Positions 1 through 12,889 of a stretch of DNA of 64,000 bases are shown here, piece after piece. Under the pieces are notes generated by a model. That model did no database searches, was not told where the DNA came from, and saw only the letters and a program-made list of their open reading frames with translations. The first letter of the stretch is position 1. Each line of letters begins with the position of its first letter. Origin of the DNA: the human T2T-CHM13v2.0 reference genome, Homo sapiens; the NCBI RefSeq assembly GCF_009914755.1, contig NC_060932.1, one strand, 5' to 3'. A program made the translations under genes and the position numbers.

Positions 1-719
1 TCCCTTAATAATTTGCTGTGGTATGTGGTCTAAATGGTTAAAAAACAAAACAAAACAAAACAAAAAAACAAAAAAACCCACAAAACCTGGGAAGCTTGAA
101 GAGGAATACCTGAAAATGGTTAGGCCTTTAGCAAGTCCCTGGAGTCTGCAGGCATTTTCTTCTTGAAATGTCTGCCAGCATGCGTTGGAACTGAATATTC
201 TGGGGTAATAAAAGGGATATTTCACCTTATAAAATGCAAATAAAAGTTGAGTGATCAAGTTTGGGGGATGGGTTACTTCATGATCTAATTACTGTTGACT
301 TATTGTGATATGTAAGGAAAGAGCGCTAGAAAAAGTCTCAGTGCATCTGAAACTTTATCTTACCTAAAGAATAAAAAGACCTTCAACACTTTCTACTCAC
401 AATCCGCTGCTCTATTAACAAACAAAAGCAAAACCAAAGCCCACCACTTTCTATCTCTGAGCATTGTTCATGGTTGGGTGTCTCATGGCTTTGTTCCATC
501 ACTCCTCAGGTAGAGGAGGTGTATTCTGTTCATCTTAATGGGTGTGTCTTTTAGGGGAGGAAGAAAAAAAAAAGTAGGCTGGTTTGAATTTAAGTTAATC
601 CCTGCCTTCTGATATTTATACAGCTTATTTTTATTTAATGTTCCAACAGACAAGTAGCCTATATGCCAAAGTAGCAGAAAAGGCAACATTTAAAAAATGG
701 GCCAGTCTCCTCAATAGAA

Positions 720-1192
720 TTGGGTACACACGTTCACCAAAAGATAAAAATAACAGTGTACGTCACAATATTATTCAACATAGCTAAAATCTAGAAAGGT
801 TACATAAATTATGAGACAGCCACATAACTGAATATTATACAGGCATGAGAAGAATAACCTGTGACTATAAACAGATACAATATTGAGTGAAAGAAACAGA
901 AAACAGATTCAAGATTGAGTCACCAAAGAGTATTTACAGTAAGATTTCACTTACGCAAAGTACAAAAACAAACACAACTAAATTATGTTGTTGGGAGACA
1001 GAACAGTGGTGACCTTTGGGGAGAGGGTGTGACTGGAAGGGGATCATGGGGTGGGGGCTTCTGGGAGGCTAGCGTGTCTCCTGAGCAGGATACTGATTAC
1101 ACAGGTGTGTTCAGTTTATGAAAATACATTAAATGTACACTGATGTACACTTTTCTGCAGTATATTGTATTTCAGTGAGAAGTTTTTCAAAA
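720..1192 (+). mobile_element. Old L1M (L1ME-like) 3' end fragment
   Basis: Diverged L1M 3'UTR motifs (ttattcaacatagctaaaatctagaaa; ggcttctggg...gattacacaggtgtgttcagtttatgaaaatacatt) ending in an A-run; boundaries approximate. Confidence 0.7.
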
Positions 1193-1609
1193 AAAATGGA
1201 GCAGCCTTCTAAGTTGGCAGGATTCAGTTAGACTTGCTTTGACGTGTGCTCTGAGGCCATCTGTTCTCAAACCCCCTGTTCCCACAGATCAGGATGCAGC
1301 TGAGGCACAGAAGCTTGATTTGCTTCGAGGCTTTGCAGCTGAGACCCGGAACATATGAATGAGTATTTTACTCTTACTGTAAATCATTGAGTCAGTAAAT
1401 AGATCTATAAATTCAGTGGATGCTATTTTAGTAATATGGATTTTGTTCCATTTTTGAGATGTCTTAAAAACCTTAGAGATTTCACATCTCCTGTACGAAA
1501 GAAATCATCTATAAAAACGGTCTATTGAATTTATTTAAGTCAACAAAGGATTTTCTTACTGATATGTGATCAGGGTCTCATTTAATACTAATTTAGAAGG
1601 TCCCTTTGG

Positions 1610-1775
1610 AAACAATCATGCTATGATTTTAACTCCCTCATTTTGTGGGTCAGGAATCTGATACCCAAAGAGGTTAAATGATATGCGTATGGCCATGCAA
1701 ATATTCCAAAGCAGAATATGGACTAGAATTCAGGTTCCCTAACTGCTAAACCAATTTACTTTTCATTCTAGCTTT
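1610..1775. mobile_element. MIR fragment
   Basis: cctcattttgtgggtcaggaatctga...cccaaagaggttaaatga...ggactagaattcaggtt resembles the MIR core. Confidence 0.6.
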
Positions 1776-3419
1776 CTGGCTTCCACATTATTGTTGATTC
1801 ACAGAATTATGAACAACTAAAAACAGATGATATAAAATTGACAGTGTAATGACACTAAATGTTTACTTCATTGTGACAGTCATATTTTCTAAAGAGCAGG
1901 GCCAATAAATTACGTGGCCCTGAGTAATTACTGGTTTTTAGAAATTAGCTAACACCAGTTTAGAAATTAATATGTTAACAGTACTTGAAAAAAATGGAAT
2001 ACTCTTATATTGGAAATGATTGTTACCAATGGGAGCGATATGGGCACCTTTATTTTCTTATTCAAGAACATACCTTGTCAGAGGAGCACGAATGACCTCA
2101 GAGCACCCAGAACAGAATTTATCAGGCCCTTCTACACACCTCTGAGGACATTTAGCTGAGATGAATCTGGTGTTATTATGGAAGTTCTTGCCTTAAGAAC
2201 ATTTGGATTATTTTTATCTTATGATGCTCTTTCAAGGACTATTTACTTGCTGTGGGTCATTTCTATTTGTAAATGGTAATAGTCACCTGAAATTGAAACT
2301 GTATTTACCCATGTCCATTCTGTTTCCAAGAATCTAGATTGCTCTAACTCACTTGCTATAGAACAAAAGAAGTTCATTATTTTTCAACTGCCTTACTTTC
2401 TGTATTATGGGTAATGTACTATGACTTTGTATTATGACCCTTATCAGATTAAAAATATATGTTTCCTTGATCACAGCTGTATAACATTTATGGTCTGATT
2501 CAGTACACTTCTAAGAATAGGAAATGCAAGATTAAACTAGGCTTTAAAAACAACCATTGATGAAAATGAATTAACAACGTAAATATTGAGGCAGACGTTA
2601 GTATCTTACCGCATTCTCATCCTAAGGCCCTCAGATCACTGGGGGGTGTAGATTGTACTTTCCTCTCAAATCTGAGGAAATGGTTACATCTTTCATGGCA
2701 TTTATACCCACAGATGACTTGCTGGCCAAAGGCCCAGTGGACACATGGAGACAAATGCTCGTGAGAGCAGCCAGACTAAGAAGTGGCTTCTAGGTACCAT
2801 AGAAATGTCAGCATAGTGAGAATATTGCATATATACCATCCCAGTTCTAATTAACAACTGCAGGGGCATAATGTGAAGTTAATTCATTCAACAAGTATTA
2901 CTGAGCACCTACTCTGGCAACTGGAGCTCAAATGAGATAATCCACGTGAACAGCAGGATAACACTTCCTGTGACACTGAAGAACTGGAAGAATTAACCGG
3001 GTAGGTGGGGGTGGAGTGGAAGAGAGTAGTGCCACTTGGGGACACTAAGAGGTTCAGGAGAGTGGAGCCATCAGACGGGAGGGGAAGAGTTGGGGCTACA
3101 GAGATGAGCAGGTGGCAGAGCATGGACAGACCCATCATTCTTGTTACAGAGGTTGGTTTTGATCCTTTGGACAGCAAGAATTCTAAAAAGCAATGCTTTA
3201 CACACCGTAGGATCTCATCTATTAGTTAGCTCTGAAATAACTTTCATGGGGTCCAACCAGCACTACTTTTTCAACAAAAGAGATCAAAATAGAATAGGAT
3301 AGAAAAGGACAGAAAACATAAAACTTGTTCACATATATATATTGATATGAGTATTGGGTCATGATGTTAAATTCATTTTTTATTGTGAGTCACAGTCCAG
3401 AAAGTTTGAAGGTCACTTC

Positions 3420-3810
3420 TTTGAAAGCATTTAAGCAGAGGAATGATATGAACAGCCTTGTGCTTCAGAAAATCAATTTGGCTGCTGTGCAGAAAGGACT
3501 GGCGGCAGGCCTGAGTACAGGAAGAACAGTTGCCATAGTCAGGCTAAAGAGGACAATGCTAACTGAGGGCAGGGCCAGTAGACGGACAGAAGTTCTACAG
3601 AGGGATACCAGGAGGGATACACTGAGGAGGACAAGATTTAGCTGAGGAAGGTGTCCAAAATGCAACCTGGACTGTCTAGGTTTCTGCATTAGGCAATTGG
3701 GTGGGTCTTGCTGCCCTTCTTTGTGGCAAGTAAGGAATGCCAGAGCAAAAGCAGTTTTAGGGACAGAAGAAGATTATTAGGTTGAGACATGTTGAGATAA
3801 AAAGTTGAAA
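3420..3810. mobile_element. L2 fragment
   Basis: ttaagcagaggaatgatatgaacag...gctgctgtgcagaa...ttgccatagtcaggc typical of degraded L2. Confidence 0.6.
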
Positions 3811-4110
3811 ACATGGAGAATAAGTACAATTTTGATAACTTTATAGAAACAAATTCATTATACTGCTCTACAAACCAATCATGATCAAGTGTCTATTGTC
3901 TGACGCACTGAAGTGTGATACTAATGTTAGAAATATATATATGTATATATATATATTTTTTTTTGTAGTAAGAAAATGCAGTAAGTACAGAAGGGATTTG
4001 CAAGTGCTCACAATTTGGGGACAAGTTTTTATAAAGATCTTTTAAAGCAAATGCAAGAACACTTACAGATAAGGGCTGTAAAGATTAAAGATAAAGTATA
4101 TGAGCATGTA

Positions 4111-4350
4111 CAGGGGTGTCCAATCTTTTGGCTTCCCTGGGCCACATTGGAAGAATTAAGAATTATCTTGGGCCACACATAAAATACACTAACACTAACG
4201 ATAACTGATGAGCTAAAAAAAAAAAAAAAAAAAAAATCGAAAAAAAAATATCTCAAAATGTTTTAAGAAAGTTGATGAGTTTGTTTTGGGCTGCATTCAA
4301 ACCTGTCCTGGGCTGCATGTGGCCCATGGGCAGCAGGTTGGACAAGTCTG
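4111..4350 (+). mobile_element. MER30 (hAT-Charlie non-autonomous DNA transposon)
   Basis: Starts caggggtgtccaatcttttggcttccctgggccacattgg, has the internal A-run, ends ggttggacaagtctg; matches the MER30 consensus as recalled. Confidence 0.9.
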
Positions 4351-4739
4351 ATCTAGCACAATACCTGACGCAGAGTAGATGCTCTAAAAATAGTTTTTTT
4401 TTTCCCCTCCACTTTTTTATACCTTGTCATTAAGTCTCAAGATGCAGCAATGCAAACTATTTACATAAGTATATTTCAAGTCACTTGATAGCTAGAGTTA
4501 GCAAATGATGCTCTGATTCACAAAACGGTTTATGTTCTTTGTTTTACAAGGGCTGCCAAGAAGTTAATGGGCAAATTCATGATGCATCTCTAGTAAATGT
4601 ACAGAAACTCAATATATGCATTTTGCATATTTCACCTATCCTATTTTTAAGCCTTTTTCTCAATTCCTTCACCCCCCAAAAATCATTAAGAATTGTAAAA
4701 AATCACTTTAAATATTTTTCTGAAATAAGCCAAAGCCTA

Positions 4740-4790
4740 TAGACAGGTGGGTAGATGGATAAATAGATTAGATAGACAGATAGATGGTTG
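4740..4790 (+). repeat. Degenerate (TAGA/TGGA)n microsatellite
   Basis: tagacaggtgggtagatggataaatagattagatagacagatagatgg. Confidence 0.6.
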
Positions 4791-4874
4791 AAACTGACGG
4801 ATGGCTATATTTTAAATTATTAATCAAATATCTACGACTTTGGGTAGCTGAATCAGTTGCCTGAACCTTGGTTT

Positions 4875-5215
4875 CTTTTATTAAAAATGTATTACATATC
4901 ATAATGTAGAGAGAAAAGTATAATGAACCTCCATGAACCCATGCCCCAGAGTCAACAATTATCAATTCATGGCCAATTTTGTTTCATCTATACCTTCACC
5001 CACTCCCCCAACCCCTGGATTAATTTAAAGCAAATTCTAACCACTACATCATTTCATTGGCAAAATGTGTTAGTATTAATCTCCAAAGAACAAGGACTCA
5101 TAACTACATCACTGTCGTACCTTTAAAAAGTTAATAATTCCTTAATACCATCAAACATCAGTGTTCAAATTTCCCCTACTGTTTCTTAATTTTTTAAATA
5201 ATTTGTCTGAATTTT
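4875..5215 (-). mobile_element. Old L1M 3' end fragment
   Basis: tataatgaacctccatgaaccc...caacaattatcaattcatggcca...tgttcaaatttccc is the reverse of an L1MC/ME 3' end. Confidence 0.65.
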
Positions 5216-5378
5216 AGATACTGATTATTTCTGGGTCAACTTATAAAACGATTTCTCAGAAAGTTAAACTGAGGACCAGAACAGAGCTTTCCCAAGGAAC
5301 CTTCCCTTCACGGCATGAGACTGGGATTCCTCTAGCTGTTCATTCAAATCCCCTCTCTCTTCCTGCTTTCTCCCTATT

Positions 5379-5381
<3 letters not shown>

Positions 5382-5420
<39 letters not shown>
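5382..5420 (+). repeat. (CA)19 microsatellite
   Basis: Read directly. Confidence 0.98.
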
Positions 5421-5423
<3 letters not shown>

Positions 5424-5636
5424 CATACAATGGGGGAAAGCTTTAAAACTTGTGCTACATGTTAGGCTGTATGAAAATGAATGTTTAACATTAAAATAAA
5501 AATGATAATACAGTAGAAAAAAATAAACAAGCACTTAAGAAAACTAGTCTTAAGAATTATCAAATTTTTAATTAATGACAACTATCAAAACTTTGAGCAG
5601 GATATCTTCCAACAAAGATACACTTAAATACAATAT

Positions 5637-5638
<2 letters not shown>

Positions 5639-5672
<34 letters not shown>
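5639..5672 (+). repeat. (GT)17 microsatellite
   Basis: Read directly. Confidence 0.98.
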
Positions 5673-5675
<3 letters not shown>

Positions 5676-5859
5676 CCTAAAAAGAACACTTTACTGTGCA
5701 TTTTGAAATAAAACATCCTACTCCAAAGTTTCTGAAGTTTTATATCCATTATATCTCTCAAAGTATCTTCAGGAACATAGACATATTAAAATGAATCGCT
5801 TCAGGAAAAACAAAAAAAAGCATCCCACACTGTCAGATGCATCTTTCCTTCTACTGCTC

Positions 5860-6230
5860 CCGTCTTCCTACTGGTTTCCCTGTCTCCAGTCTTTCCCTCC
5901 TTGGTGTCATCTAGATGACACCATCTAGATGACATAGATGCTAGCAAAGTTTGTTTTCTAAAACACAGAACCAAAATCTCATGTCTTACTTAAAAGTCTT
6001 CCATTGTTCACCACTGTCTACAGAATAGAGTTCAAATTTCTAACAGTGGCAGTCAAAGACTAATATAATCTACCCCCACCCAATTCTCCAGTCTTCTATC
6101 CCACTGCCCTTTCCACCCCAATATCCTCAATGCCCTGGCTATGTTGGAATAGTCCCATTCCCTGAACATGTCTTCCTTATGCCTCTATGGTTCTGTTCAT
6201 GTTGTTCTCTCTGAAATACAATATTCCCTA
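5860..6230. mobile_element. L2 fragment
   Basis: Pyrimidine-rich L2 motifs (cttaaaagtcttccattg...ctacagaatagagttcaaatttctaaca). Confidence 0.55.
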
Positions 6231-6909
6231 TGTATCCAATGTATAATAAATGTGAGCTTGCAATGAAGAGATAAAGGAATAAGACATGAGCTTTTCTCTC
6301 AAGAAGCTCACAACCTCATTACAGACAGAGATAAGTAACTTTCAAGAGAGGTGTGATAAGTACAGACATATTAAGATGTTCTAGGTTTGGTGACAACACG
6401 AAGAGGGATTTTGCTGTGGACATGAGACTATTAGCATTTGGAAACACAATGTGCAGAAAACACATGGAGAAAGGAGGGTCCAATGGATGACTTAAAATCC
6501 CCCAAAAGTGGACATGTCAAATTAATATATAGCCACGGGATGGTTATATCCAAGAGATAACTGAAAATCATTTGCAGCTGATCACAGGTAATGCCTATGA
6601 GAGACTGTAATTGCAAACTCAAATGTAATCAGTTTGCTTCTTTTAAGAATCCTTTGCTATCAAATAAACACGAAATATGTAGGAACCAAACTGGAAGTGC
6701 AGGATGGTAAAGGGAGGCTGAGCAATCTGACTTACGCATGAAGAAAATGAAGCAGTTACTTCCAACAAAGAATGAAGCATACTAAAGTACACACTCAGAG
6801 AAGGAAGAAATTCAATGTGATACTAACAAATCAAGCTAGCTTAAACTTAAGTGTGCCATACTTGCTGCCACATTCACTCTGACATCATTTAAATCATGTA
6901 AATATTTTA

Positions 6910-7190
6910 AAATTCTTGTCATAAAAAGTATAACACATATAAAAGAATACATATATGCTGTTTTATTTCAAACTCACACACACTACACACAAGTATTCAT
7001 GTACCCACCTGCCAGGTTAAGAAATAGAACATTATCAGTACCTTGGAAGCCCTTAGAATCCTCCTGTCCAATTGCCTTTCACTCTCTCCGAGTGGGAACC
7101 ACTGTCTTGCTTTTTGTATTAATCATTCCTTTACTTTTCTTTATAACTTCACCACACACATTTTTACCACCTAGAAAACACTTGGGGTTT
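6910..7190 (-). mobile_element. Old L1M 3' end fragment
   Basis: catgtacccacctgccaggttaagaaatagaacattatcagtacc is the reverse of an L1ME 3' end. Confidence 0.65.
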
Positions 7191-7999
7191 TAGTTTTGGA
7201 ACCCTGCACAGCCAGCGCAAAGCCAGAGTCTAAGGAAAGCACAACATTGCCATTATAGATGGAGGGCCGGGAGAAAAGAAACAGCAGGGGCCTGCCTCAT
7301 CTGCCTCAGGTTCTCTGAGAAGTCAAATTGCACTTGGGAATTCTGATACATGCCAAAGTTTGAGAGCCACTGGCTAGGGTCCCTTCTAGCTTCTGATTCT
7401 AGAATAAGTATTTGGATCAAAATAAGCCAAAAAAACAAAAAAACAAAAAAAAAAAAACACTTTTTTTGAGTGAACCAAACTAAAGCATTCTCTAGCGAGA
7501 ACGGGCTTTCTGCAACCCCACATTTATATAATGTTGCTCCAACCAAAGGCTAAATTGTTGTATGTTAGTTATATACTAATAACAACTATGCAAAGAACTA
7601 AAATGTTTTAAATAGGATTGTATTTCAAAAATATGGGGAAATATTCATTGCTTTGAATTTTTAGCTGTGATTCTTAAAGGTAGGAAATACTGCTTGTTGA
7701 AACATTATAATGAATTTTCACTACATGTAACCAGTGAGTTTTGGGGATGAATCACAGTTAAGTATGACTCAAAAATTCCCTCCTCTTAAAACAACTCTAT
7801 AGGGCAGCGCTTTTGTTTTCCTTTAGGTCTAGTACAGTAGGTGGGCCATTTTCTGAGTCCAGTTTCCCTACTGTGAAGTTAGTCTGTGTGTATATAGTCT
7901 TTTGAGTGCTATCCCACAGAGGTGGGGTTCTTTTTCCTTTTATTTGAATTTACTTTTATACCTGGAGAGATTCTTTTGGCTGCGGCTGGTTTATACTGT

Positions 8000-8190
8000 T
8001 TGAGCGCCTCCCAGGTGTGGGGCCACACTTGGTGCTTCACACCTATTATCTCATCTAATCCCCACCATAACCCTGCTGGATAGGTGTTGCATGCCTCATT
8101 AGAGACAGGTAGAGCAAATGGCCTGTGATCGCATTGCCAGGAGTCTCTTGGTGAGCTGGCAGATAAACTCCCTGACTCCAACTCCTGGAG
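8000..8190. mobile_element. MIR fragment
   Basis: gagcgcctcccaggtgtgg...attatctcatctaatccccaccataaccctg. Confidence 0.6.
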
Positions 8191-11077
8191 AATTCCCACC
8201 GGGGCCACCATAGCTACTGGCTACAACTTCAAAAAAAATAAAGAATAAAGAAAACAGAAAGATTTATGATCTTAAAAAAAAAACTGTCTTTTTTTTAGTT
8301 GAAAAATTTAATAGACATTTGCACATATGAACAAATTGGTTTATTTTCAGGTATCTCTAGGTATGAAAGGAATCCAAAGGAAGGAGAAGAAATCCTTTGC
8401 CTTGGCACTTTGCAAACTGACCACTTGCAAACACACACTCTCATACGAGCAGTCTATGCCAAAGAAGCTCTTTTAGGAGACAGTAACAGAAGTGATCTCA
8501 GTATTCTGCCCTGCATTTAACATAGACCACTTATTTGTGTTAAAATGTATTTAAGTTTTATTTTTAACAGAAGTCTTTTATTTGGGTTACAAGCTATATA
8601 TACTATGAAGAAATTTATTTTCATGGTCAGAGAAATTAAGAATTACTAATTGTGACAGATATTTTAACATGTAGCAATAACTGGGGGTTATATTTATAGT
8701 TTGTTAATTGATTGAAAACACTCAAAAATAACACTTCACAACTTCATTTGCAGGATCATGTTGAGAAATTAGGACCAGCTACTATGTACTTACACCAAGG
8801 TTCAGGTGTTAAAGTACAGATGCTATTTAACCAACTGAGATGACTTAATTGGTGGTTTTCTCTATAAAGAATGGTAAACAGAGCTCCCATATCTCTTATA
8901 ATTTCCTTGTATCAGAACCAAAAATAATATTTAATATTTGCTTTGCACCTTACACAATAAATTTTTAAAAAGCCCCATACACAGAGTAATCAGTGGTCAG
9001 CAAAGAATGTGCAAGCCTATCACAGACTCTGGAGGGTGGAGTTGCTGGACTTTTTCCTCTGGTCTCTAGTAGCATAAAAATGGAGTTACAGAAAAAGTGC
9101 TTTCAACATGCTGATAAAAGATTAAAAAGAATCACTTGGCCTGAAGGAATTTTAACAACATAACATTAAGGAGAAAAGAAGCTGTAAAATAAAACCAAAA
9201 AGCATGTCCACAAGAACTTAAAGAAATCAGGGGGGAAAAAACCTCACAAATTGTCTAGGCAGTCGTGAGCAATCATTGACTTGGTTTGTTATAATTTTAA
9301 ATTAACTTCCCTTAAAATATGTGATTTATATGTGACCATTTATATAGCTCTTATCTATGATTTCAAAGGTGATCAGTTCAAAGCTTAATGAATTTTCTTG
9401 ATATTGAATTTTTCAACCTTTGAAATCTTATATTTCAGTAATGTACTATTACCTTAACATTTAGCAAAGCTGCATGATCTAGAGAGAATTCAATCTCTTC
9501 TGATGATTAAATTTCAGTAATTGAACATAAAAACATTTGGGACAAGAAGGACTGTATAAATGAACTGTCAGCATATATTACAACATTACAATGTTGCTTA
9601 GGTAAGAAAATGCTCCTTGAAGAAGTTGGCACAACGAGAAGCCAATAGGAAAAACAGAGGAAGTAAGCTATCACTGAAATAATGAGCAGGAATTCCATTA
9701 AGGCTCCAGGCCAGGTATGTGAAGGAGGTGTGATTGATATGCAGGACTTGGAGATTAACTGTGTGGGACTTGCTGAGGCCATGCCTACATGCATCTAACA
9801 TAGTGCTATATTTGGTATCAGACTTTGACTGAAGTGGTGTTTACAGAGTCACTGCTCTTGCTAGTTCTTTTCTTTTAAATGCTAAGGATTTTGTTTCAGC
9901 CACAGCGTCAGGAAGGGAGCATTTTCACGAGGCAAAGAAAAATATAGTCATATCCGGAGTTAGTCTCACATTAAGATGCAATTAGTGTTCACTTTTAGTG
10001 TCAACAACTATTTAAAAAGCTACATTTCATACAAACACAGGGATGACAATGACCATGAGGTCATCAAGTCCCTGTGTTCCTATCAGTAGGTCCCCTTGGA
10101 TATTGCTAATAAATGATAAGATTTCAGAAGCCAACATAATGATATGATATAAAAACAATGTCAAAAATTTGATATTTATGAGTATGGCAGTATGGAAGAA
10201 GACAGTGTTCTGAGGCTGCTTCTAGAATTGCTACAGAGGATTGGAATCTAGTTCAAGTTAACGTAACATCCTTGAAAGGTTAAAAGACAAAGGTTACTTC
10301 TGAATATATTATTTCTATCGCAAGTGACTACATAATGGAATAGAGGTCAGCTTGGTGGATCTGGAAATTCTTAGTCTTTAAAACATTCTTTCTGGAATAG
10401 AAATGAAGCCCTGGAAATCTTGCAGAGTAGAACTCGGCTAATGAATGGCTTTCTATGATACGATTTACTATATAGTGAGGGTTAAATAATGTTCTATCAG
10501 ATTCACCTATTACTTACAATAAAAGGATATTTAAAAAGTATAACAAAAATATCTTAGTTTGTAAGGTGGATATCAGCCTTGCTTACCAATACCCAAGTTA
10601 CATAAAAGGGTCCCATTTTCCTGTTTATGGCTCCTGCTTTTCCCTAGAAGAAATGACCAGCCTGTGATTCCCAGTTCTGCCACTAGCTCACTGTAAAACC
10701 CTGATAAATCAATCACTCGGCACTCCATGGCAATCACAAACTCAGATGTGAGCACACTAGAGGTTAGTTCAAATTACGTACAAAGGTTTCTCTAATAAAA
10801 TAAGGATTGACAACTGGGGCCATGACAGAAGAGAAGTCACTTTAAGGTATTTACCTTTTCCATACCTTATTAATTAGTTGACAATTTTACATCATAATTA
10901 CACTTGATCCTTCTTCCAAGACCAAATTCAGGTAGATACATTCTAATTTCACAGGCAAAAAACCCAGAACAGCCCCTGTTGTTTGGATTCTATGATGCAT
11001 TCCTCAACCCCAGCAACTGGTATTACAGGTACTGTTTAAAATGTTGCTTTGTTACCCTGAGAACTACATCCTTACTC

Positions 11078-11237
11078 TTTTTTTTTTTTTTTTTTTGAGA
11101 CAGAATCTCGCTCTATCACCCAGGCTGGAGTGATAGTGGCACACTATAGTGGAATGTGCAGTGGCACAATCATAGCTCACTGCAGCCTTGAACTCCTGGG
11201 ATCAAGCAATCCTCCCACCTCAGCTTCCAGAGTAGCT
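11078..11237 (-). mobile_element. AluJ-type right-arm fragment with a small internal insertion
   Basis: polyT, then gagacagaatctcgctctatcacccaggctggagtg...catagctcactgcagccttgaactcctggg (AluJ-type diagnostics). Confidence 0.9.
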
Positions 11238-11494
11238 AAATTATTTGTTCTAAAATTATTATTCATATAACACATGAGCATTGATTCTTTCCAAGACAGG
11301 CACAATTCTGTGAATGTAAAAGTTGGTGCTCTGCCCCCGGGAAGTTTACAATCCAATTACCAAGTGGCCTCGTGAGAAAAGTGCCAAGTGCAAGTAGGAC
11401 CACGGAAGGGAGAGATCCGAACCTGCTAGAGAATTAAAATACATGCTTCTGGATAAAGGTGGCTACTGCAATGGGATTTCAAGAACCAATATAA

Positions 11495-11783
11495 TGGCAA
11501 GCTCGGTAGCTCAGACCCGTAATCTCAGCACTTTGGGAGGTCCAGGCATGTGGATTGCTTGAGGCCAGCCTGAGCAACAGAGCAAGACCCTCACCTACAA
11601 AAAATAAAAATATTAGCCGGGCATGAGCACAAGCCTATAGTCCCAGCTACTCAGGAGGCTGAGGCAGGAGGACTAGTTGAGAGCAGGAGTTTGAGGCTAT
11701 AGTGAGCTGTAATAGTGCCACAGCACTCCAGCCTGGACAACACAATGGGACCCTATCTCAAACAAACAAAAAAACAAACAAAA
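11495..11783 (+). mobile_element. AluJ
   Basis: gtaatctcagcactttgggagg...gagtttgaggctatagtgagctg...(CAAA)n tail. Confidence 0.92.
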
Positions 11784-12536
11784 CCATGATAGGCAAAAGT
11801 AGGGAAAAAGCTGTCCAAAACAAGGAAAGGCAGAGTGAAATAAATAGTCAGGAAAGCCCAAGGAAAATTAGGTAATTTGGCCAAAGCCAAGGACTGTGTG
11901 GGGGTCCAGTAGAGGAAGAGGCTGACAGGAAGTTCAGGGTATACTCTTCAGGGTCTTGGCTTCTTCTCTTAAGGAGTCTAGACAGAGGGAACAACATAGA
12001 GGCCAGACCTCTTTCTATAAGTAACTAACCTGTTAACTTTGCCAATTAGGTACATAATAGAATATCCTTCCTCTTATTGATTGTGTGAACTCCGTGAACA
12101 CAAGAGTCATGTTTTCTCACTACTGAATCCCAGGGGCTGCCATTAGTAAACACTCCACTTTTTTTGTTGAATAAATAAGTAAATGAACAAGTAACTAAAT
12201 TGATTCATTAAAGGTACATATAAACACTTTAATTTTGCTATTAGTATTCTCTTAGTAAAAATAAGTTCCTGTGTAATTTATTTCAAATAAATGAACACTT
12301 GAATAATCCAGCAGTTTCTTCCCTCCACATTACCTTCTTTCCAGGTTACTCAAAATGTCATATAACTAGAGAAATATTAACAAATTTTATATGCAAGAAG
12401 ATGATGTCACAAACATACTTCAGACTGGTTTTGCATATTATCAACTAGCTATTAGTATAAAAAGTAGAACAGCTACTCTATCAAACATGACCGCTAATTT
12501 TAGAAAATCCTTTCTCTTTTTCCTGAAAAATATCCA

Positions 12537-12586
12537 TTATATATATATATATACACATTTATAAGTAAATATATATATATATATAT
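12537..12586. repeat. Interrupted (AT)n tracts at the Alu tail
   Basis: tatatatatatatata...atatatatatatatatat next to the Alu polyT. Confidence 0.8.

Positions 12587-12889
<303 letters not shown>

Noticed and set aside
8341-8366. ttttcag|gtatctctag|gtatga as a micro-exon or recursive site
   Set aside because: Short pyrimidine tract, weak first donor and a 10-nt length; compatible with chance
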